Positions 1-8,543 of a stretch of 64,000 bases of DNA are shown in pieces. Location: the IMG/VR virus record IMGVR_UViG_3300029822_000001, positions 32,001 through 96,000 of that record; one strand, given 5' to 3'. The position numbers were made by a program, and so were the translations under genes. Source of the stretch: a virus. A model generated the notes under the pieces. It was not told the origin of the DNA. It saw nothing but the letters and a program-made list of their open reading frames with translations, and ran no database searches. How positions within the stretch are numbered: the stretch's first letter is position 1; the number at the start of each line of letters is the position of its first letter.

Positions 1-86
1 GCTTTTCCCCTAGGGTAAGAGCGTCCATAAACCCCGGTATATCAACATTTTACTTTTTTTCGGTACTTTTTATTTTACTTTTGTAC

Positions 87-115
87 TTGACGTATACCAA
101 TTTGTATGCTATACT
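87..115 (+). promoter_or_regulatory. sigma70-type promoter (non-coding unit 1, rightward)
   Basis: TTGACG-N17-TATACT with TG extension, followed by AAGGAG. Confidence 0.7.
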
Positions 116-181
116 GTATTTAGTTCAGTAAAGGAGACGATACTTACCTCGATACCATCAGTTACATAAGCTTGTACCCCC

Positions 182-330
182 GGTAAATGCCCCTAACCGT
201 TAGCAGGTAAATTGTAAGGGACTGTACACTTCTCTGTACAAAAAAGGGTACACTACCGGGGTACAATGCTTGCACCCTATACATTAATAGGTACCGGCTA
301 GTAGCAATTGGCCTATGTAACTCCCTTATT
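182..330. repeat. diverged repeat, copy 1 (copy 2 at ~674-820); candidate ncRNA core
   Basis: GGTAAATGCCCCTAACCGTTAGCAGGTAAATTGTAAGGGACTGTA aligns with GGTAAATGCTCCTACCCTTTAGCAGATAAATTCTAAGGGAACCTGTA; CCGGGGT and GTAGC blocks also shared. Confidence 0.75.
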
Positions 331-344
331 TACTTTTCAATACC

Positions 345-373
345 ATTATACCAAATTAGGGTACTTTTGTCAA
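345..373 (-). promoter_or_regulatory. sigma70-type promoter (non-coding unit 1, leftward)
   Basis: Perfect TTGACA-N17-TATAAT on the minus strand. Confidence 0.8.
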
Positions 374-579
374 CCCTTATTTCTACCTTGTTATTCTCCT
401 GTATGAGCCATTGTACCCCGGTACCCTTATAACTTAACCTGTTACCCCTTAGAATGGCTTAGATAGCCTATTAGGTACCTTATATGGCATTGTATGGGGT
501 TAGTACCTAAGCTGGTACCCTTGTAAGACTCCTTGAATAAACTAAGGTAATTTATTTAGCTATTTTGGTACATTTACCC

Positions 580-608
580 TTGACAGACATGGTAAAATAT
601 GGTACAAT
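580..608 (+). promoter_or_regulatory. sigma70-type promoter (non-coding unit 2, rightward)
   Basis: TTGACA-N17-TACAAT with TG extension, followed by AAGGAGGT and a 6-codon ORF MVPKYS. Confidence 0.75.
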
Positions 609-673
609 CATTTATGTAAGGTAAGGAGGTAATAATATGGTACCTAAATACAGTTGAATAAGTTAGGTTCAAA

Positions 674-820
674 GGTAAATGCTCCTACCCTTTAGCAGAT
701 AAATTCTAAGGGAACCTGTACTTCTTTGCTATTTTTGTACATACTTCCGGGGTCATTTGATTGTACCTACCTATACCTAAGTAGCTACGGGCTTATATCA
801 GCTTACCCAATTCCTTTTAC
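674..820. repeat. diverged repeat, copy 2
   Basis: Colinear homology to 182-330. Confidence 0.75.
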
Positions 821-840
821 CCTATCTTTATTATGGTACA

Positions 841-869
841 AGTATACCATATTTAGACTACCTTTTCAA
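841..869 (-). promoter_or_regulatory. sigma70-type promoter (non-coding unit 2, leftward)
   Basis: TTGAAA-N17-TATACT with TG extension on the minus strand. Confidence 0.7.
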
Positions 870-1208
870 CCCCTTTTGTAACTTTGTTTTATCTTTATAG
901 TACCCTTGTAGTACCTCTATAATTTCCGTGTAAGAAACTTTAGTACCCGTGTATGTAATTAGCCTTGTACTCGCTTATAAGCCTGTACAGGGCTATTTTT
1001 GTGCCTTGTAGCTTATCTGGTACATGTATCGGTACTTACACGGGTAATTCAGTTGGTATTTCTGTGTACTAGACTGGCACACTAGTACTCCGTTGGTTAC
1101 TTGGTTAGGTACCTATGTAGTTAACCAGTGTAATAGCTAGGTATGACACTGAAAGGTACAGTAACGGGTACGCCGACAACGCAAAAGCTGGGGCTTTATT
1201 ATCTATAC

Positions 1209-1334
1209 CTATCTATCTATACCTATCTATCTATACCTATCTATCTATACCTATCTATCTATACCTATCTATCTATACCTATCTATCTATACCTATCTAT
1301 CTATACCTATCTATCTGTACCTATCTATCTGTAC
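1209..1334. repeat. tandem minisatellite, 9 x 14 bp (CTATCTATCTATAC; last two units CTATCTATCTGTAC)
   Basis: Read directly from the sequence. Confidence 0.95.
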
Positions 1335-1527
1335 CCACCTACCTGCTTCATACATACCCCGTACGTACCTGCCTGCTGGTACCCGTACCTATTCTACCGG
1401 TACCAATCTACCTATCTACTTGTATCCACCCCCGTACCTCATGTACACACACGTAGCCTACAAGTACCCTAGTACCCTTTTAGGTAGCTAGGCACGTACC
1501 CGGTATAATACACGTATACAAGGGTAC

Positions 1528-1559
1528 AAAAAAGAGTACCCTCTCAAGAGAGTACCCTC
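1528..1559 (-). terminator. rho-independent terminator ending the early gene array
   Basis: GAGGGTACTCTC-TTGA-GAGGGTACTCTT hairpin followed by T-run on the minus strand. Confidence 0.75.
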
Positions 1560-1571
1560 ATAATCTATTGA

Positions 1572-1841
1572 CTATTGCAATTCTTCTAAAGCTTCTTCAA
1601 TTTCATCATCAGATACAAGGTCATCTACTGTGTCAGCTTCGTGAGTATTCGCATAGTAATCACCAACTCGGATATAGTCACAGTCTAATTTCAAATTTGA
1701 CAGCCTAACCATGCTAGAGATTTCATAGGGTTCATAGGCGGTCATAAACTCCTCAATAGGCATGATAATCAAATCACCATCATAGATTAACTGTTCCATA
1801 GCCGTTGCCCGTTGTTCTTCTGTAAATTTAGTAGTTGTCAT
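1572..1841 (-). CDS. small acidic early (host-takeover region) protein
   Basis: 89-aa ORF, AGGAGG RBS, own promoter/leader repeat. Confidence 0.8.
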   Translation of the reverse strand: MTTTKFTEEQRATAMEQLIYDGDLIIMPIEEFMTAYEPYEISSMVRLSNLKLDCDYIRVGDYYANTHEADTVDDLVSDDEIEEALEELQ

Positions 1842-1930
1842 TGTATACCCTCCTAAAGGTTATAAATCTGTTACGTTCTGTTACCATCTTGGTACTCTTT
1901 AATAGTACCATAATACTTAATAAGTGTCAA
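1842..1930 (-). promoter_or_regulatory. early promoter plus conserved leader, copy 1
   Basis: TTGACA-N17-TACTAT then TAAAGAGTA...CAGAAC...TAACCTTTAGGAGG. Confidence 0.85.
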
Positions 1931-1937
1931 CGTTTAC

Positions 1938-2270
1938 TTATACATCTCTTTGAATGCTTTGCTTCTCAATAGATAAATCAGCACTATACTTACCACAGAA
2001 TCCATCAGCACTAATTTTAGTGTACTCAAAGTTCTTGCCATAGTCTACTTGACAAGTACCAAAGTTACCCTTTACTTCTTCAATGAAGTTTTTTACATAA
2101 TTCACGGCCGAATTTTTCTGCTGAAACACATTGGCAAATGCTTCATCAATATTGTACCCGTTTTTAACGTGCCCCGTTAGTACATAAACAAAGCTACTTG
2201 GTGCTACCTTGCTAATAGCCTTTTCAACTGCTTGGTTATTACCTGCAATATTATTCCGTAAGTCTTTCAT
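1938..2270 (-). CDS. early hypothetical protein (start corrected to MKDLRNN)
   Basis: AGGAGG RBS precedes ATG at 2270; the upstream ORF extension runs through the promoter. Confidence 0.8.
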   Translation of the reverse strand: MKDLRNNIAGNNQAVEKAISKVAPSSFVYVLTGHVKNGYNIDEAFANVFQQKNSAVNYVKNFIEEVKGNFGTCQVDYGKNFEYTKISADGFCGKYSADLSIEKQSIQRDV

Positions 2271-2355
2271 GATATGTAACCTCCTAAAGGTTAAGTTCTT
2301 CTGTTCTGCTTCCTTACTACTCTTTAATAGTAGCATGATAACCAACTAGTGTCAA
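2271..2355 (-). promoter_or_regulatory. early promoter plus conserved leader, copy 2
   Basis: TTGACA-N17-TACTAT-TAAAGAGTAGTAA...TAGGAGGTTACATAT. Confidence 0.85.
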
Positions 2356-2388
2356 CAAGTATTTTAAACTTGTTTCACATGAAACATT

Positions 2389-2574
2389 TTAGTATTCACT
2401 CCACGGATCTTCGTAGTTAAGCGTATGCTTAACAGCTTCACTAATGGAACAACCGGTCAACATCAGCCAATTTTCAACGTTACCTAGGATAATTGTTAAA
2501 TCTTCTTCACTAACCTGCATACCGGACTTTTTTACTTCCTGTAATACCTTACTTTTCAATTCATTGTTACCCAT
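2389..2574 (-). CDS. small early hypothetical protein
   Basis: 61-aa ORF with AAGGGGG RBS. Confidence 0.7.
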   Translation of the reverse strand: MGNNELKSKVLQEVKKSGMQVSEEDLTIILGNVENWLMLTGCSISEAVKHTLNYEDPWSEY

Positions 2575-2589
2575 AGTGTTTCCCCCTTA

Positions 2590-2892
2590 CTAGCTTAATG
2601 CACTTGCAAACACCTCTTGCAACCCGTCAATAATAGCTTCTTTTTCTTCCTTTTCCGTTAAGTCCCCCTCGGGTAGAAAATCACAAATATATGTTGAATT
2701 AGTGTCCCACATAAACTGCTTGTTTTTAAACTTAGGTACTGTAAAAATCTTGACACCAATGTGGTACTGGTAGCCCTCGTACGTATTAAAGGCATCTTTA
2801 TGAACACTTGTTATCTTAATATCGCTAGTACCCTCTTTGTTACGGTTCAAAAAGTCCAACAAAGAATTTAAGTTACTGAAATGACTTGCCAT
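2590..2892 (-). CDS. early hypothetical protein
   Basis: 100-aa ORF behind a leader repeat and RBS. Confidence 0.8.
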   Translation of the reverse strand: MASHFSNLNSLLDFLNRNKEGTSDIKITSVHKDAFNTYEGYQYHIGVKIFTVPKFKNKQFMWDTNSTYICDFLPEGDLTEKEEKEAIIDGLQEVFASALS

Positions 2893-2982
2893 AATATGTA
2901 ACCCCCTAAGGTTATAAAGCTGTTCTGTTCTGCTGCCTTTTTACTACTCTTTAATAGTATCATGATACCCAGTAAGTGTCAA
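2893..2982 (-). promoter_or_regulatory. early promoter plus conserved leader, copy 3
   Basis: TTGACA-N17-TACTAT-TAAAGAGTAGTAA...TAGGGGGTTACATATT. Confidence 0.85.
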
Positions 2983-3066
2983 CAAGTATTTTACCGCTTG
3001 TAATTCGGTTATTCCTTATCAACCTTACAAGAACTATTATAGCATATATTTCAGATAATGCAACCC

Positions 3067-3501
3067 CTAATTTGAATATCTTTTTAGATCTAGTGTACTG
3101 TGGTTATCTGTACACTTATTTAGATAAGCGGTAATGATTAGTTGCTTGTTGGTACTAACTACGATACATAAATTAACTAAGTGAACTTCACTGGATAACT
3201 TACAATAGAAAGAATCGGTACCCCGTAACAAGTATCGAGTATCTTTACCGGTGGTATTTACCTCGATAACCTTGTAGTGGTTGCGTTGAATAATATCCTG
3301 TAGCGCCCATTTAGGCAGGTATACGCGCTTTGCGTGTACCTTGTGCTGTAAGTGGTAGGACAGCTTCTTGATGGTAGCCAAGTGGGCACATAAGTCTTTC
3401 AGTGCCATATGTTGCGTGTACTCATCAAGGGAACTGAATAGGTACTTAACTTGATTAGGCGTGTACTTGGCTACATGTTTGGATTGCTTAACTTGATACA
3501 T
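3067..3501 (-). CDS. early basic hypothetical protein (C-terminal IITAYLN motif, RelE/DUF4258-like fold possible)
   Basis: 144-aa ORF, AAAGGGGAG RBS. Confidence 0.75.
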   Translation of the reverse strand: MYQVKQSKHVAKYTPNQVKYLFSSLDEYTQHMALKDLCAHLATIKKLSYHLQHKVHAKRVYLPKWALQDIIQRNHYKVIEVNTTGKDTRYLLRGTDSFYCKLSSEVHLVNLCIVVSTNKQLIITAYLNKCTDNHSTLDLKRYSN

Positions 3502-3584
3502 GATGGTACTCCCCTTTGCTTTACTGTTCCTGTTTTGCTTCCTTACTACTCTTTAATAGTATCACGATATCTAATAGCTGTCAA
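3502..3584 (-). promoter_or_regulatory. early promoter plus leader, copy 4
   Basis: TTGACA-N17-TACTAT-TAAAGAGTAGTAAGGAAGC. Confidence 0.85.
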
Positions 3585-3629
3585 CAAGCATTTTAAACTT
3601 GTTTCAATTAGCACTAATGAGGATACCCC

Positions 3630-4160
3630 CTAATCTTTTCTCCAACAGTTATAGTAAATTGAGTTCTCGTCCCGTAAATAGTAAGCACCATCGGGGTACA
3701 TGTCCCATAATTCACTACGCATGTAGTCTTTTTCGGTGTCTGTACTGTAAATATCATCATAGTCCTTGGTAAAGTGTTTCAATAAAATGTCTGCATATAA
3801 GTTTGCCAAGGCCATAGGCACTTGTAATTCTTTGTTATCTTCGTAAGCGTTAACCATACCCTGTGCCTTGACCAGCTGTTCTTCAGAGAATACCCAAACC
3901 ATATAGGCAGAATGTACTAAACTTCGGAGAAATAGGTACGGATTATTCACGTTGATACAATTAGTAGGGTATTTACTGTACCCAATTGAGTAACTACTTA
4001 CCCCTTCTAATGGAAACATAACTCCGTCCACTACATCTTTAGTATCTTCTAGGATACGGTTGTGTACCTTATTCATAACTTTAGAATTATCTCGTAAGGC
4101 GGCGATGTCATTTTCATTCAGTTGGTTCAAAAGAACTTTGTTCATAAGCATGCTATTCAT
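3630..4160 (-). CDS. early hypothetical protein (start corrected to MNSML)
   Basis: AGGAGG RBS before ATG at 4160. Confidence 0.8.
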   Translation of the reverse strand: MNSMLMNKVLLNQLNENDIAALRDNSKVMNKVHNRILEDTKDVVDGVMFPLEGVSSYSIGYSKYPTNCINVNNPYLFLRSLVHSAYMVWVFSEEQLVKAQGMVNAYEDNKELQVPMALANLYADILLKHFTKDYDDIYSTDTEKDYMRSELWDMYPDGAYYLRDENSIYYNCWRKD

Positions 4161-4251
4161 AATATGTAACCTCCTAAGGTTATAAAGCTGTTCCTGTTCT
4201 GTTACCATCTTTCTACTCTTTAATAGTACCATGGTTAGAAATAGATGTCAA
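4161..4251 (-). promoter_or_regulatory. early promoter plus conserved leader, copy 5
   Basis: TTGACA-N17-TACTAT-TAAAGAGTAG...TAGGAGGTTACATATT. Confidence 0.85.
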
Positions 4252-4687
4252 CCCTTTTTTCGTACTTTTTTGTAACTTCTTCAAAGATTGTTGTTAGTAG
4301 CTTGTTGCTATGCCGCCCCCGTGGTAACTCTTCTATAGTAGAAGTAAATAGTACGTTAGACAAGCCATCACATAAGATCACCGGATTGCTGGAAACACTT
4401 TTATACACTAGCAGAAAATACTTACCATCACTAAGGATATTAGCACATGGTACACTATCCCTTAACCCTAAGTTTATTTTTCCACTATCTAAATGAATGG
4501 CGTCACTATCAAATTCAGAACAAGCTGGAACATAGGCATAAACATTTGTAAAAGTGTTAGCTTTCTTCCTATCATTGTCAAAGTTTTCCATAACCGTTCG
4601 GACAATACTCTTATAAAGTACCTGCGCCCCCTTGTCTGCATTGTAGCTTTCTGCCTCGTGGTGACTTAAGAACTTAAATAATTTCAT
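4235..4687 (-). CDS. early hypothetical protein (start corrected to MKLFKF)
   Basis: AAAGGAGG RBS; TTGACA-N17-TATCAT promoter at ~4716-4744. Confidence 0.8.
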   Translation of the reverse strand: MKLFKFLSHHEAESYNADKGAQVLYKSIVRTVMENFDNDRKKANTFTNVYAYVPACSEFDSDAIHLDSGKINLGLRDSVPCANILSDGKYFLLVYKSVSSNPVILCDGLSNVLFTSTIEELPRGRHSNKLLTTIFEEVTKKYEKRVDIYF

Positions 4688-4837
4688 ACTTGCTCCTCCT
4701 TTCATGTTTAGCCTAATGATACAAAAAAAGCGGGTACCTGTCAAGGGTATTCCGCATTTTTTTATTTACCTTTTTTCCCATATAGGCGTTTTTATTTTTC
4801 ACACTAAACTATTATATAGCAGAGGGTCACCTTCTAT

Positions 4838-5647
4838 CTAGCTCAAGTATACCTGTAAGTATCCATTAGTAAGCTTAAAATTAACTATCGCAGATACTTT
4901 ATCAGTATCCTCTGGTAACTCCATAGATACTTCTTTGATACTCTTTTCCAGGAGACTAATTGTACTATTTTCAGTAGTTAATTCAATAGTAGTGTCTAAG
5001 TTTCCTTCCCCAATAGTTACCTTTTGTAAGGTACCAATAAGGTCTAAATCAGTACCCGCAGTAAAGTATTCAATCTCGTAAGACTTACCTAACAGTTTAT
5101 GTGACAATAAATAAAGAAGTCCCTTATAGTAATTCTTACGAATAGGTTTACCAAAGGTTGCTGCTAAGTAATGCTTAGCTTTACCAGATACAAATAACAA
5201 ATCCACTGTTACTGTTTCTGTAATTAAGGTAACAATAGTTAAGTCTTTTCCTGCTAACTTAGTAGTTGCTTTGTATGCCTTAACTCGATTGCTATCAAAA
5301 AGTAAAAAGTAGTAGTCTCCATTTTGCTTTTTACTTAAAAACATGTCAATACCAACTGCATCATCATCTTGAGCATCTTGAATATACATTTGTTCTACTG
5401 GAGTAGGTGTCTTAATTTTACCACCAAATAAGATATGGTCTGAGTCTTCTTTACTAGCAGGATTGTCTAGCAAAATCTCATTGAAGGTAAAGGTAGTATC
5501 TGGTAGGTCATAATTAATTTCCACTGTACCTGTAGAAAAAGTATTATCCTTTTTTAACAGATTCTTAATAATCTGTAAAGGACGGGAAATTTGTGTAAAT
5601 TGCATTGCTTGTTCTAATTCATCAAAGTCTTCCATGTTATGCTTCAA
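4838..5647 (-). CDS. hypothetical protein
   Basis: 269-aa ORF, AAGGAG RBS. Confidence 0.8.
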   Translation of the reverse strand: MKHNMEDFDELEQAMQFTQISRPLQIIKNLLKKDNTFSTGTVEINYDLPDTTFTFNEILLDNPASKEDSDHILFGGKIKTPTPVEQMYIQDAQDDDAVGIDMFLSKKQNGDYYFLLFDSNRVKAYKATTKLAGKDLTIVTLITETVTVDLLFVSGKAKHYLAATFGKPIRKNYYKGLLYLLSHKLLGKSYEIEYFTAGTDLDLIGTLQKVTIGEGNLDTTIELTTENSTISLLEKSIKEVSMELPEDTDKVSAIVNFKLTNGYLQVYLS

Positions 5648-5653
5648 CTCTCC

Positions 5654-5881
5654 TTATTTGTGATTAGGTACCTGATTAAGTATCTTTGATACCTGTTGGT
5701 GTTCCATGTACAAACGATTATTTTTTGCCTGTAACCACATCTGATTAAGTAGTAAAATAAACAAGTAACCAATGAGAACTAACCCTAGTTCCCAGAGTAG
5801 TGATTCGTTAATTAACCAGGATAGAGGGATAATAATAAGTAGTACTAGATAAATATTAGGAACTTGATAAGCTTTTTTCAT
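5654..5881 (-). CDS. small membrane protein
   Basis: Two hydrophobic segments, GAGG RBS. Confidence 0.7.
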   Translation of the reverse strand: MKKAYQVPNIYLVLLIIIPLSWLINESLLWELGLVLIGYLFILLLNQMWLQAKNNRLYMEHQQVSKILNQVPNHK

Positions 5882-5953
5882 AACGCGTTCATCCTCGTAT
5901 AATAAGATATTTTCTACTACTAATATAAGATTAATTCCTCGTCTGGTTACACA

Positions 5954-6541
5954 TTATTGTATTTGGTTATTAATTGCATCACCATCTTGTGAGTATAGGT
6001 CAAACATCTGTTGCTTGTTAAGTTTAGCTACCATATCTACGAGTACCTGAGCAGTAGCTTTAACTAGGTCTGATTGATTTCCAATGCCTGAGTTTTTAAC
6101 CTGATTAATGAGCTCTTTAGGCATATCATAGTGGTTAAAGTCAATACAAGAATCAACATAATAGTTGTAATCCTCTTGAGTTGTAATATCTCCCTCATTA
6201 ATCATTGCAACAAGTAACCCTTTCATTTCAATGTAGGGTAACAAGTCAACCTTTCTAAAAAGTTCATCTAGGTTACTAATAGCATCTTCTTTAGAAAACC
6301 CAGATAGGACTGGTTCACTCAAAGGCATGATTTTATCTAACACTTGCTGCTCACTAGCTAACTTTCCTAGTTCTAAGGGGGTAGCTGGGTATAGATAATT
6401 TTGAGTAACACTATCTGTAATAACGGTCATTAATGTTCCTGAGCTCATGGGAGTTACCTTAAGTGTTAACCCTTCTGTACTCTCGGTAAAAGTAACTACA
6501 TTTTGCTTACTTACTGAAATATTATTTTTGTTATCTGCCAT
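5954..6541 (-). CDS. hypothetical protein
   Basis: 195-aa ORF, AAAGGAG RBS. Confidence 0.8.
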   Translation of the reverse strand: MADNKNNISVSKQNVVTFTESTEGLTLKVTPMSSGTLMTVITDSVTQNYLYPATPLELGKLASEQQVLDKIMPLSEPVLSGFSKEDAISNLDELFRKVDLLPYIEMKGLLVAMINEGDITTQEDYNYYVDSCIDFNHYDMPKELINQVKNSGIGNQSDLVKATAQVLVDMVAKLNKQQMFDLYSQDGDAINNQIQ

Positions 6542-6556
6542 ATGAAACGTTCTCCT

Positions 6557-7258
6557 TTACAAGTCAATTCCGTGTTCTTTAAGTTCTGCTACTAACCGTT
6601 TACCATCTTCTGATGAAACAACATTCTTTAAGTAATCGTCTGTCCATTCTTTCAGAGCATTCATCGCTTCTTCCTGGTGATTTTTAGGTACATAATTTGA
6701 GACAACTTCCATCATTCCTTGCAATTCACCCATGACTAACACTTGGTACTGTTTAATAGCAGAAGTGGTGAGGCCATCGCTGTCTTGCTGATAATACTTA
6801 TTCCATTGGTCTGCTGCCTTTAAGGTAGTTCCTGTATCAACCACATCTAAGTTTCTAACTGCATTATACCCCTTCTGCATAATAAGTTCAAGTAGTTCTT
6901 TAGGGCTATTTAGGGTTTGTTCTGGTTGTTCCTTTGGCAAAGGTATATCAGGTAAAGGAGTATCTTCTACTCTATCTGGTGCTTCCTTACCTGGCTGGTA
7001 CCCAGTTACATTAGGTAAGTCACTAACTCTATCCTTACGGCGTTTATCTAGTAGCTGAATTAATGGAGTTCCTGTTTGTTCTGACTCTTCCATCTTGTTT
7101 TTGAAGTTAGTTAGGGAACCAATAGATATGTTGAACTCTTTTTGAGCTAGATACTGCTTAATCTCGCGATAAGGTACTTTTTCATGAAACATTGTATAGA
7201 CCTCTGATGCCAGTACTTTGTTGTTATATAAGTCAATTAGGGATGTTTTTTCTGCCAT
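6557..7258 (-). CDS. hypothetical protein with a possible N-terminal helix-turn-helix
   Basis: 233-aa ORF, GAGGT RBS; PYREIKQYL...ISIGSLTNFK resembles an HTH. Confidence 0.75.
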   Translation of the reverse strand: MAEKTSLIDLYNNKVLASEVYTMFHEKVPYREIKQYLAQKEFNISIGSLTNFKNKMEESEQTGTPLIQLLDKRRKDRVSDLPNVTGYQPGKEAPDRVEDTPLPDIPLPKEQPEQTLNSPKELLELIMQKGYNAVRNLDVVDTGTTLKAADQWNKYYQQDSDGLTTSAIKQYQVLVMGELQGMMEVVSNYVPKNHQEEAMNALKEWTDDYLKNVVSSEDGKRLVAELKEHGIDL

Positions 7259-7474
7259 TTTATTTACCTCTGTTTATTATAGTTTGCTATTTTTATATCT
7301 TGTACATGCTAACTTAAACGACTTGGATACTTTTAGTCATTTATTTCTTGTACAAGGCTAAGTTGCCTGATACATAAGGACTTTAACTAAGTAGTCTATT
7401 AGTTATTCGTCTATAATATAGTGAACAGTTGGTATCGGAATGAACAGAATGTAAACTGATATTTTGTACAAAAC

Positions 7475-7502
7475 AAAAAAGAGATACATTTAAGTACCTC
7501 TT
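7475..7502 (-). terminator. putative terminator
   Basis: AAGAGGTAC/GTATCTCTT hairpin plus T-run. Confidence 0.55.
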
Positions 7503-7537
7503 AATCATATTGTACAACTACTTTTCTTAGCTATTTT

Positions 7538-8020
7538 TTACTTTGTTTCGGTTTTTGATTTACCCGTTGTACTCGATAATGTAGTGCGTCGTCTGCGACG
7601 TGTAACAGGTTTCTTTTCCGGTTCTTTAACTTCAGCATCAGTATCTGTCCCTTTATTTGAGCCTTCTTTAGTACTGGGAGTTGTATCCGCTGCACCTTCA
7701 TTCTTAGTATCCTGGCCATTGCCAATCTTAATAATCTCATCAATGGTGACTCTAGCTACTTGAATAAAGCTACCTGAACGGGTAACATCTAATAAATCTA
7801 CAAAGTCCCCTTTTTCATTCAATCTAAACTGGACTTGTACGAGATTGTTATGCCATTTAATCATGAATGATGGAGCACTTTCTACTCGATAATGTTCTCG
7901 GTTGTACCCATCCACAATGGTTGATACTTTGTCGAAATACTCCTTAAGAACTTTCCAATGTTTAACAATCATTTTATCATATTCTTCTTCTGGTAATTTA
8001 GCACGACTAACTAGTTTCAT
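7538..8020 (-). CDS. hypothetical protein with a basic low-complexity tail
   Basis: 160-aa ORF, AAGGAG RBS. Confidence 0.75.
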   Translation of the reverse strand: MKLVSRAKLPEEEYDKMIVKHWKVLKEYFDKVSTIVDGYNREHYRVESAPSFMIKWHNNLVQVQFRLNEKGDFVDLLDVTRSGSFIQVARVTIDEIIKIGNGQDTKNEGAADTTPSTKEGSNKGTDTDAEVKEPEKKPVTRRRRRTTLSSTTGKSKTETK

Positions 8021-8033
8021 TCAATAGCACTCC

Positions 8034-8543
8034 TTAGTACTTTTTATTATGAGCAATACTATGACGGTACTGTCTTTCTCTACGGTACCGTTGCAAGTGG
8101 GATTCATTAAAATTAACCTTATTCATATGTTTATAGGTTAGTTTACTGAACTCTTGTGACTTAGCTCGGTACTGATAGATATAATAGATGGTCATAGTAT
8201 CATTAACTTGTTGCACAGTTATAAATAGGCGACCTTTAACAATCTGTCCCATTTTAACTAGGTGAACTTCTTTGTGCATAGTAATTGTATCATCATAGGT
8301 TTTTAAATGCAAGCTGTATAGTTTCTCTAGGTCTTTATGAAAATGGCTGACTAATTGGATACCATATTGGTACCTTTTGCTGTACTCTAATGGGGTTACA
8401 TCATGAATAGTCGTTGTAAATCCAGGCAAGTAGTAACCACGAGGACTTACCTCATAGTTACGTCTAATAGTACGCTGCCGTTTATTTACGATGTCTATAC
8501 TTACCTTTTTTCTTATAAGGTACCTTATAAGAGATGTCCCCAT
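8034..8543 (-). CDS. basic hypothetical protein (start uncertain)
   Basis: ORF fills the gap between neighbours; the 5' part overlaps the upstream gene. Confidence 0.6.
   Translation of the reverse strand: MGTSLIRYLIRKKVSIDIVNKRQRTIRRNYEVSPRGYYLPGFTTTIHDVTPLEYSKRYQYGIQLVSHFHKDLEKLYSLHLKTYDDTITMHKEVHLVKMGQIVKGRLFITVQQVNDTMTIYYIYQYRAKSQEFSKLTYKHMNKVNFNESHLQRYRRERQYRHSIAHNKKY

Noticed and set aside
1143-1472. 109-aa plus-strand ORF
   Set aside because: It is a translation of the 14-bp minisatellite and pyrimidine-rich tract, with no RBS
1842-4251. CRISPR-like reading of the repeated leaders
   Set aside because: The repeats are promoters and RBSs separated by whole genes of variable length; no cas genes in the window
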